Assembly (NCBI GenBank): GCA_048885705.1 | Contig: JBHLLJ010000002.1 | Location: 1,117 to 65,116, forward strand | Source: Candidatus Hermodarchaeota archaeon | Lineage (GTDB): Archaea; Asgardarchaeota; Lokiarchaeia; Sigyniarchaeales; SOKP01 | Direction: 5' to 3' | DNA length: 64,000 nt | Shown: piece by piece, positions 17,735-27,029 of the stretch | Layout: each line of letters begins with the position of its first letter | How positions within the stretch are numbered: position 1 is the first letter of the stretch | Program-made: the position numbers and the translations under genes | Notes under the pieces: generated by a model | The model's input: the letters and a program-made list of their open reading frames with translations, nothing else | Told to the model about the DNA's origin: nothing | The model's database searches: none

Positions 17735-18824
17735 AGATTTAATTTTTGAAGATAATAGCGCTCTTGTTGAAAAAATAAATTTGATTAAACAAGATGCTCT
17801 AAAACGAAAGGTTAATTATAAAGAAGAGCAATTAAATCGTCCAATTAGCTTTTGGACTAAAAAAGATAGACTTAGAGGTGAAATCGGAAAGGAATTCACA
17901 ATTATTTTAAGATCTAAAGGATGTAGTTGGGCACTTAGTAAGCATGGGGGTTGTTCAATGTGTGGGTATTACCTAGATGCAACAACTAAAAATGTTTCTT
18001 CTTCTGAACTTATCAATCAATTTGATTACGCATACAATGATAAAATGAATGAAATCAGAGGAGATACTTATAATTATGTAATCAAAATTTTTAACTCTGG
18101 GAGTTTCTTAGATGAAAGTGAAATTTCAGGAGGGGTTCGAAACCATATCTATCAAAAAGTTTCAGAAATTGAAAAATTTAAAGAAATCGTTATTGAATCA
18201 CGATTAGAATACATTAATTCGAAAAAGTTAGAAGAAATAAGAGAGTACTTCAAAAAAAAATATCTTGAAATTGCCATTGGACTGGAGAGTGTAGATGATT
18301 ATATTAGAAATAATTTTATTAACAAAGGAGTTTTATTTAAAGATTTTGAAAGGGTTTTAAATGAATGTAAAGAATATGATATTGGAATGAAAGTTTATCT
18401 ATTGTTTAAACCACTTTTTTTAAACGAACAAGCAGCGATTGATGATTGTGTGTATTCAATAAAAAAATTGATAGATTTAGGAGTAAATTCAATTTCCATT
18501 AATCCTACCAATATACAAAAGGGAACTCTAGTAGAATATTTATGGTTCCAGAATAGATATAGACCTCCATGGTATTATTCCCTTTTTAAATGTATAAAAA
18601 AAGCTGTGAGTCAAGAAGATTTAAAAAAGGTAAGATTATTATCTGATCCTTCTGGAGCAGGGACAAAAAGGGGAATCCATAATTGTCTTAAGAAAGAATG
18701 TGAGAATTCAGCGAAAGAAAGGCTAAAGAAATTTGTACTTTCACAAAATTTAAATGCAATTGAAGAAAATCCATATAAATGTGATTGTTGGAAAAAATAC
18801 CAATTACAAAAAAATTTCATTTGA
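17724..18824 (+). CDS. raSEA: Radical SAM enzyme for archaeosine formation (RaSEA, TIGR01210-type)
   Basis: 366 aa. The LRSKGCSWALSKHGGCSMCGY cluster motif is characteristic of this family. Overlap with arcS suggests translational coupling. Confidence 0.7.
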   Translation: MIDKDLIFEDNSALVEKINLIKQDALKRKVNYKEEQLNRPISFWTKKDRLRGEIGKEFTIILRSKGCSWALSKHGGCSMCGYYLDATTKNVSSSELINQFDYAYNDKMNEIRGDTYNYVIKIFNSGSFLDESEISGGVRNHIYQKVSEIEKFKEIVIESRLEYINSKKLEEIREYFKKKYLEIAIGLESVDDYIRNNFINKGVLFKDFERVLNECKEYDIGMKVYLLFKPLFLNEQAAIDDCVYSIKKLIDLGVNSISINPTNIQKGTLVEYLWFQNRYRPPWYYSLFKCIKKAVSQEDLKKVRLLSDPSGAGTKRGIHNCLKKECENSAKERLKKFVLSQNLNAIEENPYKCDCWKKYQLQKNFI

Positions 18825-18984
18825 AATTTTGTTTTTTATATAATTCTACAATGTAATAGTTGATATATTGTTATCTCGTGCGTTTTCATTTTTGTAAGAA
18901 AACCTTGTAAAAACCATTATATTTAAATATTAACAACCATCATTTACTTTAATTTTAAGTTCATCCACTCAACTAGGGGATCTC

Positions 18985-19239
18985 TTGAAAAAGAACTGGA
19001 TTAAATTGAATCTATTCTATATTGGTACATCTTCAAAAAATCATCAAATTTTTAGAGCTAAACAATGGAACAATAACCTAGAACAAATTCTTAAAAATCC
19101 TATCTTTAATGAGAAATATATAAAAGTAGCATATATAAAAGATATTTTTGGTCCCATGGAAGCTCCATTCATCTCAATTAAAACCTTGCCTAATCAATCA
19201 TTTAACCCCGATGAGAAAATTTACACTAAAATTAGTTAA
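18985..19239 (+). CDS. gar1: H/ACA RNP component Gar1
   Basis: 84 aa, TTG start 4 nt after GGGGAT. IKDIFGPMEAPFISIK matches the Gar1 core (V.DvFGPv..PYv.vK). The gar1-tfb adjacency is common in archaea. Confidence 0.65.
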   Translation: MKKNWIKLNLFYIGTSSKNHQIFRAKQWNNNLEQILKNPIFNEKYIKVAYIKDIFGPMEAPFISIKTLPNQSFNPDEKIYTKIS

Positions 19240-19319
19240 TTCTTAACATTGACTAAAAAATCTTTTAAAAACAAGATTAATTTAAAAAAAGGTGAATTTT
19301 TATCTCAAGTTGGAGAGAA

Positions 19320-20270
19320 ATGAAATCTGCACTAGAAGAAAATTCAAATACAGACATTGAAATATGTAATGAATGTGGAAAAGATATATTTTTTGACGAG
19401 AACAGAGGCTTATTAGTGTGTGAAGAATGTGGTCTAGTTCATTCAGAAAAGCATATTGATCGTGGCCCAGAATGGAGAGCTTTTGATGCAGATCAAAAAA
19501 AAAAGAGGACAAGGACGGGTGCGCCTATGACTTATATGATACATGATAAAGGGCTTAGTACAATGATAGATTGGAAGAATAGAGACATTTTTGGAAAGGA
19601 AATACCCGCTAAATTGAGAGGGCAAATTTATCGACTAAGGAAGTGGCAAAGTCGCATTAGAGTATCTGATGCAACTGAACGAAATCTCACGTTTGCGTTG
19701 AGTGAACTTGATCGAATGGCCTCTAATCTTGATCTTCAAAAAAATTTAAGAGAATGCTCAGCGAAAATATATCGAGATGCAGTTGAGGCTCATTTAATAC
19801 GTGGAAGAAGTATAGAAGGAGTAGCTGCTGCTAGTTTATACGCTGCTTGTAGAATGTATAAGGTTCCACGTACATTAAATGAAATTGCTGAAGTAGCACG
19901 AGTTGATAAGAAGGAAATTGGTAGATCTTTTAGATTTATATCTAATGAATTATCTTTGGAATTAAATCCCACCAAACCAATCGATTTTCTTACACGATTT
20001 ATTTCAGAATTAGGTTTAACAAACAATTGTCAAAAAACTGCAAAAAAGATAATTAGAATGGCAGAAGAACGGGGATTAACCTCTGGTAGAGGGCCTACTG
20101 GTGTTTGTGCGGCAGCTATATATGCTTCGTGTATTTTGTCTAATGAAAGGAGAACTCAAAGAAAAATAGCTAGAGTTAGTTGTGTTACAGAGGTAACAGT
20201 TAGAAATCGATTTAGTGAACTTGTAGAAAATTTAAACTTAGGTATATCGTTAAAGAGAAACAATAAATAA
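19320..20270 (+). CDS. tfb: Transcription initiation factor B (TFB/TFIIB)
   Basis: 316 aa with the N-terminal zinc ribbon [23 protein letters not shown], a B-finger/linker and two cyclin-fold repeats. Confidence 0.9.
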   Translation: MKSALEENSNTDIEICNECGKDIFFDENRGLLVCEECGLVHSEKHIDRGPEWRAFDADQKKKRTRTGAPMTYMIHDKGLSTMIDWKNRDIFGKEIPAKLRGQIYRLRKWQSRIRVSDATERNLTFALSELDRMASNLDLQKNLRECSAKIYRDAVEAHLIRGRSIEGVAAASLYAACRMYKVPRTLNEIAEVARVDKKEIGRSFRFISNELSLELNPTKPIDFLTRFISELGLTNNCQKTAKKIIRMAEERGLTSGRGPTGVCAAAIYASCILSNERRTQRKIARVSCVTEVTVRNRFSELVENLNLGISLKRNNK

Positions 20271-20413
20271 TTATAAGTATATTGCACATGTAAAGTCAGT
20301 ATTTTTAAAATTCGCTCCTTCTTCTTATTAAGAATAGATATTATCTTCATGATATAGCATTTAATGTTGTAATATTTTCAATTAGATCATATTGATAGAA
20401 TAGGTGTATTATA

Positions 20414-20749
20414 ATGGATAAGCTAATTAACGAAAGTGAGGTTAATTATTTTTTATACAGGATAGAAAAAAATTTCCCAAACTTTGTTGCTGGAATTATT
20501 ACTGATCGTCATGGTTTCCCTATTGCATCGAAAATATCGAAGAAATTATGGGTTCTTGAAAATACATTAGCATTATCTGCGATAGTTAAAAAGGGTGATT
20601 TTATAGAAGATTCTAGTCTTGTTCAAATCAAAAGAGATTTAGACAAATCAAAAAATTACAAATTATTGGTATTATTGGAGAAATCAAAAGAATACAGAAG
20701 TCGATTAAAACCTTTAAAAAACTTAATTAAATCACAAGAGCTTTTCTAA
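20414..20749 (+). CDS. Roadblock/LC7 (MglB-like) domain protein
   Basis: 111 aa. NFVAGIITDRHGFPIAS fits the Roadblock pattern (ga.lv..dG.pia). Confidence 0.6.
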   Translation: MDKLINESEVNYFLYRIEKNFPNFVAGIITDRHGFPIASKISKKLWVLENTLALSAIVKKGDFIEDSSLVQIKRDLDKSKNYKLLVLLEKSKEYRSRLKPLKNLIKSQELF

Positions 20750-20956
20750 CAGAAAATTTTACAGAAAAGAGAATGAAATTATTTTTTATTGCGAACCGTA
20801 CGAAAACAATTGATTTACTTAAATTTTTATATTTATAGTATCTTCATTAAATTAAGTGATTATAAGGTAAAAATATAAGGTTTGGTTTAAATAACTTCTT
20901 TTTAACCTTAAAGAAACTGATTGAAAGAAAATAATAATTAATAGGTTGACAAATAT

Positions 20957-21427
20957 TTGAGTTATTCCAAGGATGAGCTTAAATTAAAGAAAATTTTAAC
21001 GTTAATTATAAATAGTACAGCAGGATTAAAGTTTGCACTCATCACTGATGATACAGGAATAACAATATTAAGTCAAGCTAAATTTAAGTTTTCCGATCAA
21101 AATGGAATTTCTGTTGAAAAGATTGGTGCAATAGGTGGTGCTGTTTTTGTCGCAGGTGAAGAACAAGGCCATATTTTAGGTTATGGCGCTATTGATCTTC
21201 AAATTACAGAATATCTTGAAGGAATGATCTTTTCAATGAAAGTCGGTAAAGGAGTTTTATGTATTGTTGCTGATAAAAATGCTCAAATAGGATTTATTAG
21301 AGCTACTATGAAGAAGTGGGCTCCGCAAATTACCACCATCTTGAATAGATATTTACAAGCTGATCAGGCAGAACTAGGAAAAGAAGTAAAGGAATTGTTC
21401 AGATCGGATTCTATGGGCATGTTATAA
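20957..21427 (+). CDS. Roadblock/LC7 (MglB-like) domain protein
   Basis: 156 aa with a TTG start. It has GLKFALITDDTGITILS...GMIFSMKVGKGVLCIVADKNAQIGFIR. Confidence 0.6.
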   Translation: MSYSKDELKLKKILTLIINSTAGLKFALITDDTGITILSQAKFKFSDQNGISVEKIGAIGGAVFVAGEEQGHILGYGAIDLQITEYLEGMIFSMKVGKGVLCIVADKNAQIGFIRATMKKWAPQITTILNRYLQADQAELGKEVKELFRSDSMGML

Positions 21428-21791
21428 GACATATAATAGCATAGAATTTTGCCTAAAAACACTAACACTCTTTTCTCATTTTAAGGTTATACCAGAAAAT
21501 CAAAAATGTTCTCTCGTGCTAGGCATTGATTTCTATGCGTTTTTGGGACATAATCATGTTTCCTGTAAGGGTACTGACTCAAACTTCATTGCAGTTGGTA
21601 TTTACCTTGCTAAGTTAAGAGCCCATTTTTCCGGGAAAAGTATTGATTAATCAACTCTAGTGTATGCGTACTCATGCGCTGCATAATCATTATATTTTTA
21701 AATATTTTTATGAGCCCTCGACGACGCATTTAGCCCTTCATAGTTGTCCCAATATATATATAGAATAATTAAATTATAAAAATTACTATTT
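21428..21791. other. G+C-elevated region lacking a canonical ORF; candidate ncRNA, non-canonical small CDS or gene remnant
   Basis: My per-60-nt counts here give 33-38% G+C, against about 22% in a sampled ordinary spacer (10441-10500). There is no track ORF. The plus frame is open over 21390-21650 without ATG/TTG; its first canonical start codon is the GTG at 21516. A 39-aa ATG ORF lies on the minus strand at 21610-21729. ATGCGT/ACGCAT words recur. Confidence 0.3.
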
Positions 21792-22283
21792 TTAAGAAAA
21801 GGGAAAAGGATCCTTTTTATCTAAACCCTTTATCTTATCTTCAATTCTTGATATTAAATTAGTTAAACATTCAAATAGTATTTTTCTTATGATCTCGTAG
21901 TTAAGATCTATTTCTATATCATTAAAATGAAAATCTGAATCCTTATAAAATGCCTTGTAAACATTTTCTGTTTTTAGAATTTTATAGCTTGAATCAACTA
22001 GAAAAGTATAAAGATCTTCACTCTTATATTCTTTTTTCATTATCAAAGAGAGCATGACAAATTCTTTATTACCACGTGCCCATTCAGACGGGATCTCAAA
22101 ATGAAAGTTAATAATCTTCTTTTTTTTAGTAATTAGAACTATTTCAAAAAAAGCTTCATCGATTTCGAGGTCGAAGAATTTCTTTAACTTATTTATAAGG
22201 TTTTCCTCTAATTTTTCATCAGGATATGATAGTAAAACACTTGGACCATTAATTTGATGGAAATAAGTTAGAATTAAGTGTAT
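21792..22283 (-). CDS. Hypothetical protein with a longin/roadblock-like alpha-beta N-terminal region; non-canonical start
   Basis: The track ORF starts at the ATG at 22055. The frame is open 78 more codons, to a TGA at 22290-22292. It encodes HLILTYFHQINGPSVLLSYPDEKLEENLINKLKKFFDLEIDEAFFEIVLITKKKKIINFHFEIPSEWARGNKEFV with no ATG/GTG/TTG. An ATA at 22283-22281 lies 6 nt after GGTGA. The fold call is inference. Confidence 0.5.
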   Translation of the reverse strand: MHLILTYFHQINGPSVLLSYPDEKLEENLINKLKKFFDLEIDEAFFEIVLITKKKKIINFHFEIPSEWARGNKEFVMLSLIMKKEYKSEDLYTFLVDSSYKILKTENVYKAFYKDSDFHFNDIEIDLNYEIIRKILFECLTNLISRIEDKIKGLDKKDPFPFS

Positions 22284-22364
22284 ATTTACTCACCAAACGT
22301 TTAATAGAAGATATATTTCAGAAATTTAAAATTAATTTTATAGAAATAGTATACTACCAATTTA

Positions 22365-23132
22365 CTAATAACTCTTATTTATTAAAGATAGAATATCATC
22401 ATAAGATCCAAGTAATTTCTTAACATTCAAATCTCCTAAGCCTTTACTAGGTTCACCTTCGAAAATAACCCTTCCATCGTCTAATACAATAAGTTGATTA
22501 GCCCAATGTTGTACAAAGAATAAATTATGAGTGGTGAAGAGAATTGTTATTTCATGGTTTTTTCTTAGTTTTTCTAAAATTTTAAGATGATTATAGATTG
22601 ATTTAAAGTCTAGATTTGCAAAAGGTTCATCCAATATCAACAGCTTTGGCCTCATTACAAGTAACCCTGCTAAAGCAGCTCTCTTTCTTTGACCCCAAGA
22701 AAGATTAAATGGTGAATACGCCCTAAAGCGTGATAATCCCACAATTTCTAAAGCCCAATCCACTCTTAATTTAACTTCTTCCTCATCTAATTTTAAATTT
22801 CTAGCTCCGAAACTAATATCTTCTTCAATACTTGGTGCAAATAGCTGATCATCAGGATTTTGAAACAAAAATCCTATCTTTTTTCTAAGCTCCCATATTT
22901 TATATTTATCTCTTGATAGCTGTTCATTAAAAATCTTTATTTGCCCTGATTTTGGTTTCAACAATCCCACTAATAAACGTAATAAGGTTGTTTTACCAGA
23001 ACCATTATTTCCTGTTAGTGCAGTTATTGTATCTACCTCGATCTTAAACGATATATCTTGAATTTCAAATCCTAAATTATAACTAAAATGCAGATTTTGT
23101 ACTTCTATGGCAAAAATAATCCAAACACCCAT
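22365..23132 (-). CDS. cbiO: ECF/cobalt transporter ATPase (CbiO/EcfA)
   Basis: 255 aa with Walker A GNNGSGKTT, signature LSWGQRKRAALA and Walker B LLILDEP. Confidence 0.85.
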   Translation of the reverse strand: MGVWIIFAIEVQNLHFSYNLGFEIQDISFKIEVDTITALTGNNGSGKTTLLRLLVGLLKPKSGQIKIFNEQLSRDKYKIWELRKKIGFLFQNPDDQLFAPSIEEDISFGARNLKLDEEEVKLRVDWALEIVGLSRFRAYSPFNLSWGQRKRAALAGLLVMRPKLLILDEPFANLDFKSIYNHLKILEKLRKNHEITILFTTHNLFFVQHWANQLIVLDDGRVIFEGEPSKGLGDLNVKKLLGSYDDILSLINKSY

Positions 23133-23908
23133 TGATAAATTGATTCTAAGTTAATAATAAAAACAAGGTAAATTACCATTAAAATAAATAAAAGTAATAA
23201 CCCTATATCGATGATTCTCAATTTTTTTTGAGCAAATGTAATCTTACCCGAAAAACCCCGCATCTTTAAACTTTCATATAACTTTTCACTTCTTTCCATA
23301 TTAATTATTATACTTTTACCCATAATATAGGAATGAGTCTTTAATTTTTGCCAATAAGATGTGATTTTTTTACCTCTCATTTCTTGGGCTTCTAGTATTT
23401 TTCTATTAGAACCTGCTAAAATAGGGATATAATGTAACATTATAATTAGAGAACCTATCAACATAGAGGGAATTCTTAATTTTGTTAAAGCATTTATGAA
23501 TTCAGAATAAGTTAAAGAAGAAAAAAAGGACATAAATATAATCAAAGCTGAAATAACTCTCAAAAAAATAAGCGAAGCTAAAATAAAACCCTCTTTATAT
23601 ACTAAAATTCGAATTCCAATATCGAAATCAAATAAAATTGTCTCTCCGACATAAAATGGAATAAAAATTGTAATTAAAAATACAAAAGGAACTACAATCT
23701 TTAATCTTGAGAATATTTTTAAAATATTTAAGCGAAGTAGTAAATCAATAATAAAAGTAATTATTAAAATGGTAATTATTAGATAAATATCATTAATAAT
23801 TAAAAATGGCACTACCAAGATAAATGGCAAAATTAGACGAATTAAAGGATTTACTTTATTTAAATGAAGTTTTTCATCTTCATGTCTAAAAGGTAATGTC
23901 GTTTTCAA
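23105..23908 (-). CDS. cbiQ: ECF/cobalt transporter transmembrane component (CbiQ/EcfT)
   Basis: 267-aa polytopic membrane protein directly upstream of, and overlapping, cbiO. It has the EAQEMRG motif region. Confidence 0.75.
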   Translation of the reverse strand: MKTTLPFRHEDEKLHLNKVNPLIRLILPFILVVPFLIINDIYLIITILIITFIIDLLLRLNILKIFSRLKIVVPFVFLITIFIPFYVGETILFDFDIGIRILVYKEGFILASLIFLRVISALIIFMSFFSSLTYSEFINALTKLRIPSMLIGSLIIMLHYIPILAGSNRKILEAQEMRGKKITSYWQKLKTHSYIMGKSIIINMERSEKLYESLKMRGFSGKITFAQKKLRIIDIGLLLLFILMVIYLVFIINLESIYQWVFGLFLP

Positions 23909-23951
23909 TATTTCATCAACCTTAAGAAATTGAAAAATTAATAGTTTTGAA

Positions 23952-24053
23952 AATTTTCATACTAATTTTTAAAGAAGTAATATTTATTAATTTTCATACT
24001 CTGCTATAAATTAGTAACATTTTAATTATTCATTCTAAAAAAAATTATTCATT
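23952..24053. promoter_or_regulatory. Two pairs of direct repeats in the divergent cbiQ/cbiM promoter region
   Basis: AATTTTCATACT occurs at 23952-23963 and 23989-24000. AATTATTCATT occurs at 24024-24034 and 24043-24053. Confidence 0.3.
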
Positions 24054-24064
24054 GTGAATTAAAG

Positions 24065-25090
24065 ATGCATATACCAGATGGTTTATTAGACCCCATTACT
24101 ATTATTAGCCTTTGGATAATAATTATACTTGTTATGATTCTTGGATATTTTAAGATGGGTAAAATTTTTGCAAAAGAAGATTCCGATAAATTAATTCCAT
24201 ATATTGGTGTTTTAGCTGCAGTAATTTTTGCTTTTCAATTTGTAAACTATCCGGTTCCTGGAGGAACATCAGGTCATTTAATTGGAGGGACTCTTATTGC
24301 TGTCATTTTAGGTCCATGGGCATCCGTAATTATTCTTTTTTTAGTTTTAGTAGTACAAAGTCTATTCGGAGATGGAGGTATTCTAGCTTTAGGAGCAAAT
24401 ACTTTTAATATGGGAATAATTGGGGGAATTATCGGATTCTATATTGTGGTATTTATAGTAAAAATACTAAATAAAACAAAACTTAAGAAAGAAATTAAAA
24501 TTACAATTAGTACAGCCATTGGATCCTACCTTGCTATTGTTTTAGCCTCATTTATCTGCGCTATTGAAATAGGCTTAGCTGGAGCTGTACCTCTCACAAT
24601 TGCAATTCCTGCAATGGTGTATTGGCACCTTTTAATTGGTATTGGTGAGTCGATTATCTCTGCTTTGATTATATTCTATATATATAAAGTGAAACCAGAT
24701 TTTATTACAACAGAGCCGATAATGATTAATCACTCGATTAAAATTAATATTAGTAAATATAAAAGACCAGTAACTTCAGTAATCATTGTTTTAGGAACTT
24801 TGATATTGTTTATTGCTGTAGGATTTACTATAGGGATTTTATCTACTGCTCCTGATGGATTAGAACGAGTATTAATTGATCAAAATGGTGAATCTTGGCT
24901 AGAAAGTTTAGTTTCTCCATGGGTACCTTTATTAAGTTGGATTTCGAATGATTATGGTGCAGCTATAGTAGGTATTGTTATCTCTATTGTTGTAATGTCT
25001 TCCACATTTTATTTAATCATTAAATATAAAAAAAAGAGTTTAATATATACTGCGGATTCCCATAAATCAATTCAGAAAACAGAAGTATAA
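24065..25090 (+). CDS. cbiM: Cobalt/nickel ECF substrate component CbiM fused to a PDGLE-type C-terminal domain
   Basis: 341 aa. The N-terminal MHIPDG is the CbiM/NikM metal-binding start. A C-terminal APDGLERV motif is followed by a TM helix. Confidence 0.8.
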   Translation: MHIPDGLLDPITIISLWIIIILVMILGYFKMGKIFAKEDSDKLIPYIGVLAAVIFAFQFVNYPVPGGTSGHLIGGTLIAVILGPWASVIILFLVLVVQSLFGDGGILALGANTFNMGIIGGIIGFYIVVFIVKILNKTKLKKEIKITISTAIGSYLAIVLASFICAIEIGLAGAVPLTIAIPAMVYWHLLIGIGESIISALIIFYIYKVKPDFITTEPIMINHSIKINISKYKRPVTSVIIVLGTLILFIAVGFTIGILSTAPDGLERVLIDQNGESWLESLVSPWVPLLSWISNDYGAAIVGIVISIVVMSSTFYLIIKYKKKSLIYTADSHKSIQKTEV

Positions 25091-25119
25091 ATAAAAAATA
25101 AAAAAAAATTATTATTATT

Positions 25120-25860
25120 CTATTTATTTCCATACTTTTTGAATAAAAATATACCAATTATTATAATAACGATGCTTACAATCGAAATAAACGCAAAATC
25201 GATTAAAATATTACTACTTAACAAAGAAGCTCCGCTATATATTGACTTTATTGCATCTGTTGCATAGTAACTTGGAAGTACCATAGCAATGAGTCTTGTA
25301 GTATCAGTCATAGGTATAAATGTACCAAAAAACATCTGAGGTAAAATGAATATAAATGACAATCCAGTTGCAGTTCCAGAACTTTTTGAAATTGTTGCGG
25401 TTATAAGACCTAAGCCTACAGAACTAAGAGAAAAGATAGCCATTAATAGAAAAGCAAACAATAATCCTCCTATATTGGTATTAGGACTAAATCCAAAAGG
25501 TAATGCACATAGGAACACTATAAGTACTTGTAACATTGCTATAATCATATTTGAAATAATTTGACTTCCCATGAAATCTCCAGAAGTCATAGGAGTTGTA
25601 TTTAATCTTCTTAACAAGCCTTGTTCTCTTATATCAGCAAAAGATTGAGCAACTGTCATAATTATAAATATGCATGCATAAGCAAATAATCCCGGTGCCA
25701 TGGCATCAAAACTAGCCCCTAGTGCAGGATCACTAAAAGCGAATCCAAAAACTAGTGTAAGCATTGCTGGAAATAGGAGCATTAAAAATAAAAAAGCTGG
25801 TTCTCGAATAATTTTTTTTAATTCCATTTGTAATAGAGCCAAAATCCGTTGCATTTTCAT
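25120..25860 (-). CDS. ABC-2 type transporter permease
   Basis: 246 aa with six predicted TM segments. The start codon abuts the upstream ATPase gene. Confidence 0.7.
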   Translation of the reverse strand: MKMQRILALLQMELKKIIREPAFLFLMLLFPAMLTLVFGFAFSDPALGASFDAMAPGLFAYACIFIIMTVAQSFADIREQGLLRRLNTTPMTSGDFMGSQIISNMIIAMLQVLIVFLCALPFGFSPNTNIGGLLFAFLLMAIFSLSSVGLGLITATISKSSGTATGLSFIFILPQMFFGTFIPMTDTTRLIAMVLPSYYATDAIKSIYSGASLLSSNILIDFAFISIVSIVIIIIGIFLFKKYGNK

Positions 25861-26685
25861 TTACAACCCCTCCATAATTCTTCTACCTGTAATTTTCATA
25901 AATACACCCTCTAAGTTTTTCGACTGATATTTTTCCATTAATTCTTTAGGCGAACCAATATCAAGAAGTTCCCCATAATCTATAATAGCTACTCTATCAC
26001 ATAATGCTTCTGCTTCCTCAATGTAATGCGTAGTTAAGAATATTGTTTTATTTACTTGCTTTAGGCTTCCTATAAATTCCCATGTTTTTCTTCGAACTCG
26101 TGGGTCCATTCCAACTGTGGGTTCATCTAGAAATAATATCATTGGATCATGAATTAACGCAATAATTAAATTTAATTGGCGAAGCATACCACCACTATAA
26201 CCTTTAGTCTTTCTTTTACTACCTCTTGCAAGATCTAATGTTTTTACAAGGGTTTCTGTTCTTCTTTTTATTTCATCCTTTGGCATTAAATGAAGATTCC
26301 CAAAAAGCTCTATGTTTTCTTTACCTGAAAGTTGCTTAAAAACTGCAGGTTCTTGAGGACAAACTCCAATTAATTCTTTAATATTCGGCAGATCTTCATG
26401 AATATCATAACCATTTACTAAAGCTGTCCCATCTGTAGGTTTAATTAATCCAATTAACATTTGAATAGTTGTAGTTTTTCCTGCACCATTTGGTCCTAAA
26501 AAACCAAAAAGTTCTCCAGATTTGACTTTAAATGAAATTCCATCAACAGCTTTCACGTCATCATAATCTTTATTCCCTGGAAAATACTTTTTAAGATCCC
26601 GAACATCAATTGATATTTCACTATTAGGATAACGAATATTTTCGGGTTTTTCATATGGTTTAATTCTAGGTTTTATTTCTTCCAT
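25861..26685 (-). CDS. ABC transporter ATP-binding protein (DrrA/ABC-2 type)
   Basis: 274 aa with GPNGAGKTTT, YSGGMLRQLNL and LFLDEPTVGMDP. Confidence 0.85.
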   Translation of the reverse strand: MEEIKPRIKPYEKPENIRYPNSEISIDVRDLKKYFPGNKDYDDVKAVDGISFKVKSGELFGFLGPNGAGKTTTIQMLIGLIKPTDGTALVNGYDIHEDLPNIKELIGVCPQEPAVFKQLSGKENIELFGNLHLMPKDEIKRRTETLVKTLDLARGSKRKTKGYSGGMLRQLNLIIALIHDPMILFLDEPTVGMDPRVRRKTWEFIGSLKQVNKTIFLTTHYIEEAEALCDRVAIIDYGELLDIGSPKELMEKYQSKNLEGVFMKITGRRIMEGL

Positions 26686-27029
26686 TTTTTTTCACATTAT
26701 TTTTATTGTTATTTATTTTAACTCTTAGAATATTATAAAACATTCTTAGTCCGATATTTGATATTGAATTATGAAAAATCGTATTTATTATTAATGTGAA
26801 CTAAGTCTATCTAGTAAGGGAAAAAAGTATAAGAAAATTGGGACTTTTTTAACCCACTTGGGTGATAAGTTATACTTTGTAAAATTAATTTTTTTTTAAA
26901 TGACTTTTTAAATTGATTCCTTTTCGATTATTTTCAAAAATTTAAGAAACGATTTATAAATCAATTTTTCATTTTTAGTTCCCATTATTCCACTAATAAT
27001 TGGAGGAAAAGGATATACAATATATTTGA

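Noticed and set aside
21543-21752. 8-bp long-range pairing TTGGGACA/TGTCCCAA as evidence of a closed RNA domain
   Set aside because: With about 45,000 position pairs in about 300 nt, one 8-mer complement is expected roughly by chance. It is not used as evidence.
21428-21791. SRP RNA or RNase P RNA identity for the G+C-elevated block
   Set aside because: I found no helix-8 GNAR tetraloop followed closely by AGCA, no GAGGAAAGUCC CR-I, and no ACAGAAnnCGGCUUA CR-V. The weak CR-I/CR-V-like strings are only about 85 nt apart, and I could not build a P4 pairing. The class is left open.
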